The notes under the pieces: model-generated
Databases searched by the model: none
Told to the model about the DNA's origin: nothing
Seen by the model: the letters and a program-made list of their open reading frames with translations, nothing else
Translations under genes and position numbers: made by a program
DNA from: an uncultured Candidatus Soleaferrea sp.
GTDB taxonomy: Bacteria > Bacillota > Clostridia > Oscillospirales > Ruminococcaceae
DNA length: 19,151 nucleotides
Reading direction: 5' to 3'
Assembly: GCA_934527325.1 (NCBI GenBank)
Contig: CAKTAG010000016.1
Span: 1-19,151, forward strand
In this document: positions 1 to 8,763 of the stretch, in pieces
Numbering within the stretch: the stretch's first letter is position 1
How the letters are laid out: every line of letters starts with the position of its first letter

Positions 1-84
1 AGTCAAGACCCTTTATTTTACACAACAAAAAATTTTGATTTTTAATTTAACCTATTAATCTAATTTTTTTAGTTGCGCACCAAT

Positions 85-123
85 AAAATATGGGCCGCTG
101 GCTTAGCCAGCGGCCCATATTTT
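85..123 (-). terminator. Rho-independent terminator downstream of the yebC-like gene
   Basis: Near-perfect inverted repeat ATATGGGCCGCTGGC / GCCAGCGGCCCATAT (88-102 / 106-120) with a 3-nt loop, extendable by A:T pairs. It overlaps the TAA stop at 122-124. On the minus-strand RNA it is followed by AUAUUUUAUUGG. Confidence 0.85.
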
Positions 124-847
124 ATTGTTCCCAATTGTGCCACACATTTTGAACGTCGTCGTTGTCGTCTAAAATGTCTAATAGTTTTTCTAGTTTTAAA
201 GCAGCGTCATTATCGGTAATTTTTACTTCTGTAGATGGGATTTGGTTAATTTCGGCATCTATTATATTGTAATTTAATTTTTCTAAGTTATTTTTAACTT
301 CAAATAAATCCTCTGGGGAGGTGTATATTATAGCGTAATCATCATTAAAATCAATATCTTGAATATTTAAATTTAAACATTCATCCATAATGGTATCTTG
401 GGTTTTGCCATCTTCTAAAATAATAGTTATAACACCTTTTTTTTCAAATAAAAATGAAACACAACCAGTTTGGCCTAAATTGCCTCCGAATTTATCAAAA
501 TAATGCCTTAAATCCCCAGCAGTTCTGTTTCTATTATCTGTTAAAGTTTCTACTATAATAGCTACACCGTTTGGCCCGTAACCTTCGTAAATAATTTCTT
601 CATAGTTATTTTTATCGTTGCCACCAGCAGCTTTTTTTATAATGCGTTCAATGTTTTCGTTTGGAACATTATTAGCTTTAGCTTTTAATATAAGCTCTTT
701 TAACTTAGCATTAGATGTTGGGTCGGCACCAGATTCTTTTACAGCAACAGAAATTTCACGACCTATTTTTGTAAATATTTTAGCTCTTTGAGCGTCAGTT
801 TTTTCTTTTTTTCTTTTAATAGTACTCCATTTAGAATGTCCAGACAT
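122..847 (-). CDS. yebC: YebC/PmpR-family (TACO1-like) transcriptional/translational regulator
   Basis: The N-terminus MSGHSKWSTIKRKKEKTDAQRAKIFTK and the ~240 aa length are typical of the family. The tracked ORF starts at a GTG (856), but the ATG at 847 gives the canonical MSGHSKW start and follows AGAGGTG. Confidence 0.95.
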   Translation of the reverse strand: MSGHSKWSTIKRKKEKTDAQRAKIFTKIGREISVAVKESGADPTSNAKLKELILKAKANNVPNENIERIIKKAAGGNDKNNYEEIIYEGYGPNGVAIIVETLTDNRNRTAGDLRHYFDKFGGNLGQTGCVSFLFEKKGVITIILEDGKTQDTIMDECLNLNIQDIDFNDDYAIIYTSPEDLFEVKNNLEKLNYNIIDAEINQIPSTEVKITDNDAALKLEKLLDILDDNDDVQNVWHNWEQ

Positions 848-893
848 TTTTTTCACACCTCTTTATATAGTTGATTTTTTTATAAATTTTTAC

Positions 894-1724
894 TTAATCA
901 TTTTCTTGTATAGTATTTTTGTAACTTTCTACTAAGTACCTAGAATACAAAGTTAAAGATATTTTAATATATGGAAAAACAAAAAATATTGGAATAATAA
1001 GAATACAAGAAAGAATCCAGCCAGAAAAAGATAGCAACAATAATATAAAATCTATTTTTTTGCCATTCATTATTTTTATAGAAAGTTTTATGGCTTGCCT
1101 TACTTTTGTGCATTCACCAGAAACTATTAAGTACCTAGTTAAAAAATACCGTTGAAGGAATATAATACATATTATTATTGAAACTATAGCCAATAGCAAC
1201 GAGAGTATATAGCCAAAATTAATTAAAATGCTGTCATAAACATCGTGTTGGTAAATTGTTGCATATGTAGACCACCAACCTATTACAATAGATGGTAATA
1301 ATAATATACTAACCCAAAAAAATTTCCGTATAAAAATTTGAATAGATATACACCAACTTTTAAGTATTTTTTTTAAAGTGGAATAATAGTTAAAAATAAT
1401 ATAAAAATCATTATCCATGCCATGAATTGTAGAATAATTCCAAAATAAATCACCGGTTTTTAAAATAGAAAATATTGCAAAATATACTAAACTTATTATT
1501 GCCGAAGCTATAACAAGTGTTGGTAAACACTCTATTTGAACAATAATATTGTCATCAATTATTAATTTGGTATTATTTACACTTAGTAAAGCGTAAACAA
1601 ATGTTTCTATTATAAAACACATTAAAAATATTGTTAGCCATACCAATGTTATACCAATTACTTTTAGCCAATTAGATTTTAAAGCTAATAAAGAATCTGA
1701 TTTTATATTTTTATTTAAACTCAT
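894..1724 (-). CDS. Polytopic membrane protein, probably DUF975 family
   Basis: 276-aa ORF with an ATG start preceded by GGAG and about 6 hydrophobic segments. The N-terminal pattern IKSDSLLALKSNWLKVIGITL resembles the DUF975 signature (..A...LKG.W...IG..L). The family call rests on motif memory only. Confidence 0.7.
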   Translation of the reverse strand: MSLNKNIKSDSLLALKSNWLKVIGITLVWLTIFLMCFIIETFVYALLSVNNTKLIIDDNIIVQIECLPTLVIASAIISLVYFAIFSILKTGDLFWNYSTIHGMDNDFYIIFNYYSTLKKILKSWCISIQIFIRKFFWVSILLLPSIVIGWWSTYATIYQHDVYDSILINFGYILSLLLAIVSIIICIIFLQRYFLTRYLIVSGECTKVRQAIKLSIKIMNGKKIDFILLLLSFSGWILSCILIIPIFFVFPYIKISLTLYSRYLVESYKNTIQEND

Positions 1725-1739
1725 TGTTGTAACACACTC

Positions 1740-2507
1740 CTATTCTATATTAAACAAATTACAAGTGTTAAAATTTGTTTTGTTTGCAACTTCCTGAAGT
1801 GGAATGTTTTTTATAGTTGCTATTTTTTCTATTATAGATGGTAACATAGTTGAATTACATATCTGCCCACGAAATGGTTCGGGAGCCATATATGGACAAT
1901 CTGTTTCTATTAAGATTTTTTCAATTGGAGTAGCGTATATAATTTTAGAGTGTTTGGTATTATTTTTAAATGTTATAACTCCTGTAAAACCAAGGTGGTA
2001 ACCCATTTTAATTAATATTTCAGCAGTTTCGCAGCTGCTAGAAAAGCAATGAATAACGCCACGTAATTTAAAATTTTTTAATATTTCTATTGTGTCTTGG
2101 TCTGCTTCCCTAGAATGAATAATAACGGGCATGTTAAGCTCATAAGCCAGTGATAGTTGTTCTTTAAAAAATTTTTTTTGAATATCACTTGTATAAGAAC
2201 CGTAATGGTAATCTAAACCTATTTCACCTATAGCAACTACTTTTTTTTCTTTTAGTAAGTTTTCTAATTGGTATAAATAATTAGGTGGTAGGTTGTTAAC
2301 TTCAAGCGGGTGAATTCCAACAGAAGAATATATGTAATTATAATTTTTAGAAAGTTCAACGCTTTCATAAGATTCTTTAATATTTGAGCCTACATTTATA
2401 ATTTTGGTTATTCCCTTGGTGGGCAAAGTGTTTAAAAGCTGTTCGCGGTTGGTGTCAAATTTTTTATCGTTATAGTGAGCGTGAGAGTCAAATATATTAG
2501 TTACCAT
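1740..2507 (-). CDS. tatD: TatD-family metal-dependent hydrolase (YabD-like)
   Basis: FDSHAHYND N-terminal His motif, GEIGLDYHY, IHSREA and ETDCPYMAP motifs. Its ATG overlaps the metG stop (TAATG). This is the classical metG-yabD synteny. Confidence 0.93.
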   Translation of the reverse strand: MVTNIFDSHAHYNDKKFDTNREQLLNTLPTKGITKIINVGSNIKESYESVELSKNYNYIYSSVGIHPLEVNNLPPNYLYQLENLLKEKKVVAIGEIGLDYHYGSYTSDIQKKFFKEQLSLAYELNMPVIIHSREADQDTIEILKNFKLRGVIHCFSSSCETAEILIKMGYHLGFTGVITFKNNTKHSKIIYATPIEKILIETDCPYMAPEPFRGQICNSTMLPSIIEKIATIKNIPLQEVANKTNFNTCNLFNIE

Positions 2508-4048
2508 TATTTTTTGTTGTCTATTCTTGGGAATAGAAGCTCCTTTTTACCAGTTTTAAAAGCTTTATCTAGTAATCCCCAGTCTTTAGTATTTTCCCAG
2601 TTTAATATATCGTTAGGCATGTTAAATTGCATTTGAATTTTTTTAGATGTTTCTGGCATAAAAGGGGATATTAAAATAGATATTATTCTTATTGATTCAG
2701 AAAGGTTATATAAAACGCATGCTAAGCGTTCTTTTTCATTTTCTGATTTGGCTAAAACCCATGGAGATGTTTCATCTATATATTTATTAGCACGAGAAAC
2801 AATTTTAAATATTTGTGCAAGAGCGTTAGAAAATTGTAGGTTTTCTAAATGTTGTTCTACAATAAGTTTAGATTCTAAACAAGTAGAAATTAAGTCATTA
2901 TCAATGTTGTTTGATTGGTGAGAACTAATAACAGTACCGTTGAAGTATTTTTCTACCATAGAAACAGTTCTAGAAATTAAATTACCCAAGTCGTTAGCTA
3001 AATCAGAATTAATTCTGTTAATTAATGCTTGGTTATCAAAATTACTATCTGAACCAAAGGGAATTTCTCTTAAAAGAAAATACCTTATAGCATCTGCACT
3101 GTACATATTGCAAAGGGCAACAGGGTCAACTACGTTGCCTTTAGATTTTGACATTTTATCACCATCAAACAATAACCAACCGTGCCCAAATATTTTTTTG
3201 GGTAAGGGCAAATCTAAAGCCATTAACATCGCTGGCCATATAATAGCATGGAACCTAACAATTTCTTTAGCCATAAGGTGAATATCACAAGGCCAATATT
3301 CGTTAAAATCGTTGTATTGATTATTTTTATACCCTAAAGCAGTTATATAGTTAGTTAAAGCATCAACCCAAACATAAATTACGTGTTTATCATCAAAAGG
3401 TACAGGAACACCCCATTTAAATGATGACCTTGAAACGCATAGATCTTCTAACCCAGGTTTAATAAAATTATTAATCATTTCATTCATTCTAGATGTAGGT
3501 TGTATAAAATCTGGGTTGTTTTCATATAGCTCTAATAGCTTGTTAGAATATTCGCTTAATTTAAAAAAGTAAGCTTCTTCGGTAGCATCTGTAACTTCAC
3601 GGCCACAATCTGGGCATTTTCCATTTTTAAGTTGGCTTTCGGTCCAAAAAGCTTCGCAAGGTGAGCAATATTTCCCGGAATATACACCTTTATAAATTTT
3701 ACCTTTATTATATAGTTCTTGAAATATTTTTTGAACACTTTCCATATGGTAATCGTCGGTTGTTCTAATAAATCTGTTATAAGATATGTTCATTATTTCC
3801 CAAAGGCTTTTGATTGATTTTACAATGTTATCTACATATGCTTTTGGGGCAGTTCCAGCTTTGGTTGCAATAGTTTCTATTTTTTGCCCATGTTCATCTG
3901 TGCCGGTTAAAAACATTACGTCAAAACCACGTAATCTTTTATATCTTGCTATAGTATCTGCGGCAACAGTTGTGTAAGTGTGCCCTATATGTAGTTTATT
4001 GGAAGGGAAATATATAGGTGTAGTAATGTAAAATTTTTTATTATTCAT
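2507..4048 (-). CDS. metG: Methionine--tRNA ligase, short form without the C-terminal tRNA-binding domain
   Basis: Class I signatures HIGH (LHIGHTYT) and KMSKS, plus a Zn knuckle CSPC...CPDC. The tracked ORF begins at a TTG (4069). The ATG at 4048 is preceded by GGAGG (4056-4060) with a 7-nt spacer and gives MNNKKFYITTPIYF. Confidence 0.95.
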   Translation of the reverse strand: MNNKKFYITTPIYFPSNKLHIGHTYTTVAADTIARYKRLRGFDVMFLTGTDEHGQKIETIATKAGTAPKAYVDNIVKSIKSLWEIMNISYNRFIRTTDDYHMESVQKIFQELYNKGKIYKGVYSGKYCSPCEAFWTESQLKNGKCPDCGREVTDATEEAYFFKLSEYSNKLLELYENNPDFIQPTSRMNEMINNFIKPGLEDLCVSRSSFKWGVPVPFDDKHVIYVWVDALTNYITALGYKNNQYNDFNEYWPCDIHLMAKEIVRFHAIIWPAMLMALDLPLPKKIFGHGWLLFDGDKMSKSKGNVVDPVALCNMYSADAIRYFLLREIPFGSDSNFDNQALINRINSDLANDLGNLISRTVSMVEKYFNGTVISSHQSNNIDNDLISTCLESKLIVEQHLENLQFSNALAQIFKIVSRANKYIDETSPWVLAKSENEKERLACVLYNLSESIRIISILISPFMPETSKKIQMQFNMPNDILNWENTKDWGLLDKAFKTGKKELLFPRIDNKK

Positions 4049-4123
4049 TAATAAACCTCCTAAGTGCAATGTAAATTATAATTTAAAATAGTACGTAAAT
4101 TATTAAATCTTAAATATGAAAAT

Positions 4124-4152
4124 ATTATACCATAAAATAAAAAAAAAGTATA
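4124..4152 (-). promoter_or_regulatory. Candidate extended -10 promoter for metG
   Basis: The minus strand reads TGGTATAAT (TGnTATAAT; TATAAT at 4129-4124, TG at 4132-4131). The -35 at 17-nt spacing is poor (TATACT), which an extended -10 tolerates. It lies about 75 nt upstream of the metG ATG. Confidence 0.4.
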
Positions 4153-4226
4153 GGTTAAAAAAGTTGTTTTGAGTGATATAGTAAAAAATAGTAAATTTTA
4201 CATAAAATTTTTATAGGCATAAAAGT

Positions 4227-4264
4227 AGTCGCCGCATAAATAAAAATTATAATTGGCGACGACT
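4227..4264 (-). terminator. Possible terminator after the 772-aa gene
   Basis: On the minus-strand RNA, AGUCGUCGC pairs with GCGGCGACU: 9 bp including one G.U that would be a C/A mismatch on the plus strand. It is followed by ACUUUUAUG. The loop is about 20 nt, which is large for an intrinsic terminator. Confidence 0.4.
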
Positions 4265-4296
4265 TATTGTACATATTATTATTAATTTAAGGTGAG

Positions 4297-6615
4297 CTAT
4301 TGTTTTGCTTGTTCAATTATTTGGCTAACATGGTTGCAAATTTCTTTAGCAAATTCTGCTTTATATGCTTCTGCCAAAATAGTTAAACCGTTACCTTTTT
4401 TTAATGGTTTAATTAAAGCGCTACCGTTTTTGTAGTTAATTAAAATTCCTTCGGATGTATTGTAGGTATTGTTGTTGGGGGAAATTTTTCTTAATATGCT
4501 GGTTATATTGTTGTCGCAAGGTATAGTTTTTAAAGACGTTTCAAATTCTGGAATAATATCTTTTATTTGTTTTATAGATTTTTGGGAATTTTTTAAGAAA
4601 GATAAAAATTTAATTGTTAGCATTAAAGCGTCTCTAACCCATGCTTGTTTTTTTGCTATTGTTCTGGCAGCTTCATCAGATTTATCAGCGGGACATTTAA
4701 AATATCTAAACACTTTAGAGTTATAGCTTTCTGCTATTTTGTTTATAATTTGTGGTGCATCTACTGGAATAGAAATATTATACCCTTTTTCAAATTCTTC
4801 TAAACAACAAGCGCAAACAACTTGCCAATGTGTTAAGCTGCTGTAGTTTAGGTTGCGGTTATTGATAGTTAGTTTTGTTCCGGCTGGGTTTATGTTTATT
4901 ATTGTGTCTTTGCTTAGCTCTGCGCCAAGGTTAGTTAAAATATTGTTCATTGTTGATTCTATTAATGGATTTTTAGACTTTACAATTGCTTTTAAACCTC
5001 TTAAGCCAAAAGGGGCTTGAGCTTTTAAAAAATTTGCATATAACCCTTTAATTCCAGACATATCAATTTGAGGAGGGAAGTCATTCCATCTACATCTGTT
5101 GTATTCTCCGTTTGCAATAGTAGCTTCTAAAGCTCTTTCAATATGGCGGGTGGCTGGTAGACCACCTTCAGAAAATATTTTTATTGTACCCGTTTTTTCT
5201 CCATTAATAAATACACCAAGTTTTAAATTGCAAAATGCCATTCCATATAAAAATAAAGATTCAAAATTATCTCCAAAATTCCAAACTTGTGTTCCGGTAG
5301 ATTGAATGCCGGCTATTAATGAACTTTTTAAATTTATAGCAAATGGAGTGTTGTTGGAACCTACAGCAATAGTAGAATCGCCAGTAATGCTTCCAAGCGC
5401 ACTGCCTACTTTTGCAAGAAATTCTGGGGTTAATTCTGTTCCAGCTTCACCTGTGATGCCATCGTCATCAATGTATTCCCTTTTAGCGGAAGAATATTTT
5501 ATATTATCTGTTATAATTATATTATCCTCTATAAATTTTTGTGGCCATATTTTTATGTTAGGGTAAACTGTAACAGAATTACCTATAACGGAATTGAACC
5601 CTATAGTGCTACCTTCAAATAGGTGGCAATCTTTTTTTATTGTTGCCCCGCTGCATACAATAGAATCTATTAAAGAAGAACGATCATCAATTAGTGCTCT
5701 TTCCTGAATATTGCTTCCTTTTATTTTAGAATTTTCGCCAATAATGCAGTTATCTTCTAACACAGAGTTAGGCCCAATTATAGCTCCTGTTTCTATTTTT
5801 ACATTTTCGCCTATATAAACAGGCGGAATTATTTTGTATAGTCCATGAGGTTTAGATGATTTAAATATATTTCCATCGTTGTTGAATTGGTTAAATATGT
5901 TACATTTTACTTTTTTATTTAATATATCTTTTTGGCAATTTAAAAAAGATCTCAAATCACCAATATCACACCAGTAAGAATTACTTTTAAAGGCCATTAA
6001 TTTCATATTATTTTTTAACATTAATGGAAAAACATCTTTTGCAAAATCAAATTCTTGGTTATTAGGTATAAGGCTTAAAACTTTAGGGTTTAGAATGTAT
6101 ATTCCTGTGTTAGCGGTATCTGTATTAACTTGGGAATAGCTAGGTTTTTCAATAAACCCTTTTATGTTATTTTCGTTATCTATGTTTACTAATCCATATT
6201 CTCTGGGGTCGGCTACACTTTTAACTATTACAGTTGCATAAGCTAAGTTTTTTTTGTGAAATTCTATTGCTGCAGATAAATCACAATCGGTGATAGCGTC
6301 ACCACTTATTACAATAAAATCATCTGTTATATTTTTAGAGGCGTTTTTCACACTACCTGCTGTACCTAATGGTGAAAGTTCTTCAAAAAATTCTAAATTA
6401 ATATTTTTATATTTTTTGTTTGGAAAGTGCTCTATAATATATTGAGATAAATATTTTACAGTTATTCCAGCAGATGAGATATTGTGTTTTTGTAACAGTT
6501 CTAAAATGTATTGTAGTATTGGTTTGCCGCAAAGTTTGGTCATTGGTTTTGGAATATTGCAAGTTAAAGGTCTTAACCTAGAACCTTTACCACCTGCCAT
6601 AATTATAGCATGCAT
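4297..6615 (-). CDS. Fusion protein: sugar-1-phosphate nucleotidyltransferase + left-handed beta-helix + phosphomannomutase/phosphoglucomutase-like C-terminal half
   Basis: N-terminus MHAIIMAGGKGSRLRPLTCNIPKPM (the GxGxRLxPLT..xPKP nucleotidyltransferase motif). Hexapeptide-repeat region around aa 265-355. From about aa 385, GITGEAGTELTPEFLAKVGSALG and onward follows the PGM/PMM domain I-IV layout. RBS AAGGAG upstream of the ATG at 6615. Confidence 0.9.
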   Translation of the reverse strand: MHAIIMAGGKGSRLRPLTCNIPKPMTKLCGKPILQYILELLQKHNISSAGITVKYLSQYIIEHFPNKKYKNINLEFFEELSPLGTAGSVKNASKNITDDFIVISGDAITDCDLSAAIEFHKKNLAYATVIVKSVADPREYGLVNIDNENNIKGFIEKPSYSQVNTDTANTGIYILNPKVLSLIPNNQEFDFAKDVFPLMLKNNMKLMAFKSNSYWCDIGDLRSFLNCQKDILNKKVKCNIFNQFNNDGNIFKSSKPHGLYKIIPPVYIGENVKIETGAIIGPNSVLEDNCIIGENSKIKGSNIQERALIDDRSSLIDSIVCSGATIKKDCHLFEGSTIGFNSVIGNSVTVYPNIKIWPQKFIEDNIIITDNIKYSSAKREYIDDDGITGEAGTELTPEFLAKVGSALGSITGDSTIAVGSNNTPFAINLKSSLIAGIQSTGTQVWNFGDNFESLFLYGMAFCNLKLGVFINGEKTGTIKIFSEGGLPATRHIERALEATIANGEYNRCRWNDFPPQIDMSGIKGLYANFLKAQAPFGLRGLKAIVKSKNPLIESTMNNILTNLGAELSKDTIININPAGTKLTINNRNLNYSSLTHWQVVCACCLEEFEKGYNISIPVDAPQIINKIAESYNSKVFRYFKCPADKSDEAARTIAKKQAWVRDALMLTIKFLSFLKNSQKSIKQIKDIIPEFETSLKTIPCDNNITSILRKISPNNNTYNTSEGILINYKNGSALIKPLKKGNGLTILAEAYKAEFAKEICNHVSQIIEQAKQ

Positions 6616-6647
6616 TGTTGTTTACTCCTTTAAATTTTTTTATTTAT

Positions 6648-6675
6648 AAAACCCCACGGGGTAACGTGGGGTTTT
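6648..6675 (-). terminator. Rho-independent terminator after the CotF-like gene
   Basis: AAAACCCCACG-GGGTAA-CGTGGGGTTTT: an 11-bp stem with a 6-nt loop and a T-run, located 9 nt downstream of the stop at 6684. Confidence 0.85.
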
Positions 6676-6683
6676 ATAAATAA

Positions 6684-6986
6684 TTAGTTGTTGTTGAATT
6701 TTTGTTTAGCTTGTGAAATTTTTTGCTGTTCTGCTGGTTGGGTAGGGTACCAACCGCGTTTATTCATTTCAGAAAAAACTTCAAATTGTATTTGATGTTC
6801 TTCATTTAAAATGTTCATAAATTCGTTTTTTACAGATGGGTTAGAACATTCGTTAGCGAATGTGTTATAATTTTCTGTTGCAAATTTTTGTGAAGAAAGG
6901 GCATCGGTTAATATTTCTTTTTCTCCAAAAGAATTAGAATTAAAGTAATTGTTTAATTGGTTGTTGTTATTAAAATTTGTTGGCAT
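6684..6986 (-). CDS. Spore coat protein, Coat F (CotF) family
   Basis: The pattern EKEILTDALSSQKFATENYNTFANECSNPSVKNEFMNILNEEHQIQFEVFSEMNKRGWY matches the Coat_F domain (L.D.L...K.....Y....E..np.lr......ee......f....GWY). Strong RBS AAGGAGGAAATTAAATG. Confidence 0.85.
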   Translation of the reverse strand: MPTNFNNNNQLNNYFNSNSFGEKEILTDALSSQKFATENYNTFANECSNPSVKNEFMNILNEEHQIQFEVFSEMNKRGWYPTQPAEQQKISQAKQKFNNN

Positions 6987-7022
6987 TTAATTTCCTCCTT
7001 TTTTAACTTATAATAGTTAGTT

Positions 7023-7208
7023 TTAATTTAATTGGTTTAATAGTCTATCGTAGTGGTTTTGATGTTTAGATGCAATTTGTTCACATTTTGTTTTAATTTG
7101 AGGGTCTGTACTTGCTTGAGCGTAAAGTTGATATTTTTTTATTAAAATTTGTTCGCTAGATAATTGGTCTTCGATGGCAGATAATTCTTTAGCAGTTAAA
7201 TTGGCCAT
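7023..7208 (-). CDS. Small (61 aa) helical protein paired with the CotF-like gene; likely spore-coat associated
   Basis: MANLTAKELSAIEDQLSSEQILIKKYQLYAQASTDPQIKTKCEQIASKHQNHYDRLLNQLN has a Coat-F-like helical repeat pattern. The ATG at 7208 follows AAAGGAG (7217-7223) with an 8-nt spacer. The upstream ATG at 7247 has no RBS. The gene lies immediately upstream of the CotF gene. Confidence 0.6.
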   Translation of the reverse strand: MANLTAKELSAIEDQLSSEQILIKKYQLYAQASTDPQIKTKCEQIASKHQNHYDRLLNQLN

Positions 7209-7332
7209 ATAAAAATCTCCTTTATAAAATAATTTTTTTGATATCATTATTATTTATCATTTCCAATTTTTTATTCATTAAAAAACTATATTTTATTAAT
7301 TAATAATTCTAAAAAAAATGTTTATTTTTTTG

Positions 7333-7361
7333 TTGACAACATTGGTTTTCAAGGTTATAAT
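7333..7361 (+). promoter_or_regulatory. Consensus sigma-A type promoter for the secreted-protein gene
   Basis: TTGACA (7333-7338), an exact 17-nt spacer, then TATAAT (7356-7361). It sits about 60 nt upstream of GGAGG (7413-7417) and the ATG at 7424. Confidence 0.75.
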
Positions 7362-7423
7362 ATAAATTATAAATAGTAATTTGAATATAATTTTTGAAAG
7401 TTAATTTTCTGTGGAGGTAAAAA

Positions 7424-8638
7424 ATGAAAATAAATAAAATTATTTCGGCTAGTTTAGTAGCAACTTTAAGTTGTGGTTTTGCAGGTGCTTTTAGTGTACA
7501 TGCTGCCTATACTGAAGATCGGGCTATAGAAAGATTTAATGAAGTTAAGAGTAAATATGGTATTGCTAATTTAGAGGGAGATGTTGTATTAAGTATATTA
7601 CAAGCGGATTTGGGTGTAGATTATAATGGTTTACTTAATTTTATAGATGATAATGGTAACCTACTTACACAAAAGATGACAGTTGAACAAAAGAAGAGAT
7701 TAAAAGATTCGTTAGCAGCTAATGGTTATACAGTAACAAAAGGAAATGAAGAAGGTACGTATGACATATATAAAGAAGGTAATGATACACCAGCTATATC
7801 TGCTGAGGATTTGAAGGAAGAATTAAGAAAACTTAAAACCGGATCACCGGATAGTAGTACTACTGATATTGACAATACTGGTAGTGGCTTTGTTATAAGT
7901 GGTGGAAGTAGTGGTTCAACAAGTACAAGTAGTAGTTCGACAAGTACAAGCACTGGTTCAACAAGCTCAAATACTAAAGTTGATTATGGTAGTGTTGGTG
8001 ACAAAAATAAAATTGTACAAGATAGCGGTGTATACAAATTTGCCAGTGAAAAAGCTGGTGTTACTAGGTTGCAAGAAGGAATAACAAACGTAGTGTTTGA
8101 ATCTACAATAAAAGATGCACAGGCAAAAGGTATGTCTTTGGTAACTATTGCTCTTGAAGGAACAGGTAAAGATGACGATACTAAAACTATATGGGCTTTA
8201 GATGTAGGGAGTGTAGTTGAAAACAAAATAGGTGTCCCCTTTGAAACAAAAGTTGTAGTTAGTGAAGGAATAAATATAATTAATGGAACATCAGAAACTG
8301 GTTCTAACTTATTATCTGCTGCTAAAATAAATGCGATACAAGATAGTGCAATAGCTACAGATGCTGGAGCAGCAGCAGAGTTAAAAACTGATATTAATAA
8401 AAAGGGTACCAAAGTTGTAGATTTTGGTAAAGCAGATGGTGATGCATTACCTTGTGCAGCAGCAGTAAGGGTAAATATAGCTGATACTGATAAGAAAATA
8501 AAAATTAAAGTATATTATATTTGTAATAGTAGATGTTATAAATTGGGAAATTTTGAAACAGATAGCAAAGGTAATGTAGTTTGTAATTTCAAAGCAGGAA
8601 GTCAAATCGGAGATTTTGTATTTGTTCCTGCTGAATAA
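7424..8638 (+). CDS. Secreted protein of unknown function (signal peptide, Ser/Thr linker, Cys-containing C-terminal domain)
   Basis: N-terminus MKINKIISASLVATLSCGFAGAFSVHA|AY is a Sec signal peptide with a VHA-A cleavage site. No LPXTG, SLH, lipobox or recognisable catalytic motif. Strong RBS and promoter. The antisense ORFs within it are shadows. Confidence 0.85.
   Translation: MKINKIISASLVATLSCGFAGAFSVHAAYTEDRAIERFNEVKSKYGIANLEGDVVLSILQADLGVDYNGLLNFIDDNGNLLTQKMTVEQKKRLKDSLAANGYTVTKGNEEGTYDIYKEGNDTPAISAEDLKEELRKLKTGSPDSSTTDIDNTGSGFVISGGSSGSTSTSSSSTSTSTGSTSSNTKVDYGSVGDKNKIVQDSGVYKFASEKAGVTRLQEGITNVVFESTIKDAQAKGMSLVTIALEGTGKDDDTKTIWALDVGSVVENKIGVPFETKVVVSEGINIINGTSETGSNLLSAAKINAIQDSAIATDAGAAAELKTDINKKGTKVVDFGKADGDALPCAAAVRVNIADTDKKIKIKVYYICNSRCYKLGNFETDSKGNVVCNFKAGSQIGDFVFVPAE
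7844..7975 (+). repeat. Low-complexity Ser/Thr/Gly-coding tract (interdomain linker)
   Basis: Encodes SPDSSTTDIDNTGSGFVISGGSSGSTSTSSSSTSTSTGSTSSNT. Short DNA units such as GGTTCAACAAG and ACAAGTACAAG each occur twice. Confidence 0.7.
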
Positions 8639-8682
8639 TAGATGAAATATAAATTGATAATTAAATTGATAAAAGCTCTATT

Positions 8683-8728
8683 TTGGTATGTATGTGAAAA
8701 GTTAGGTACTTTTTTAGTTACATACCAA
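8683..8728 (+). terminator. Long imperfect hairpin downstream of the secreted-protein gene (possible terminator)
   Basis: TTGGTATGTA (8683-8692) pairs with TACATACCAA (8719-8728). An inner stem pairs AAAAGT with ACTTTT around a 5-nt loop. The T-run (GGGGTTTTTATTTT) starts only about 8 nt later, so terminator function is uncertain. Confidence 0.35.
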
Positions 8729-8763
8729 TAATGGGGTTTTTATTTTATGTGAGGGATATTTAA

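Noticed and set aside
4049-4296. Possible T-box riboswitch leader upstream of metG.
   Set aside because: The leader from the candidate promoter to the ATG is only about 70 nt. I could find no T-box consensus (AATTAGGGTGGTACCGCG-like), specifier-loop architecture or terminator/antiterminator pair.
1804-5566. Plus-strand ORFs 1804-2001, 2940-3281, 3786-3977, 4469-4726, 5099-5305 and 5306-5566, and the minus-strand out-of-frame ORF 3556-3738.
   Set aside because: All lie entirely inside well-supported minus-strand genes (tatD, metG, the 772-aa fusion). They have no RBS, and their products are low-complexity and hydrophobic, as expected for antisense or off-frame shadows in AT-rich DNA.
7209-7330. 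Sporulation-specific (SigE/SigK) promoter upstream of the coat-protein gene pair.
   Set aside because: I found no convincing match to CATA-N3-TA or CATACA-T type -10 elements with an appropriately spaced -35. Only generic AT-rich sequence is present.
7726-8412. ORFs 7726-7953 (-), 7899-8084 (+, off-frame) and 7984-8412 (-) inside the secreted-protein gene.
   Set aside because: These are shadows of the repetitive Ser/Thr-coding tract and of the main frame. Only the 7424-8638 frame has a promoter, an RBS and a signal peptide.
8650-8672. Direct repeat TAAATTGATAA x2 (8650-8660 and 8662-8672), with a 12-nt period, between the secreted-protein gene and rqcH.
   Set aside because: It is short and AT-rich, with no associated regulator or clear promoter. 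It may be chance and is not strong enough to call an operator.
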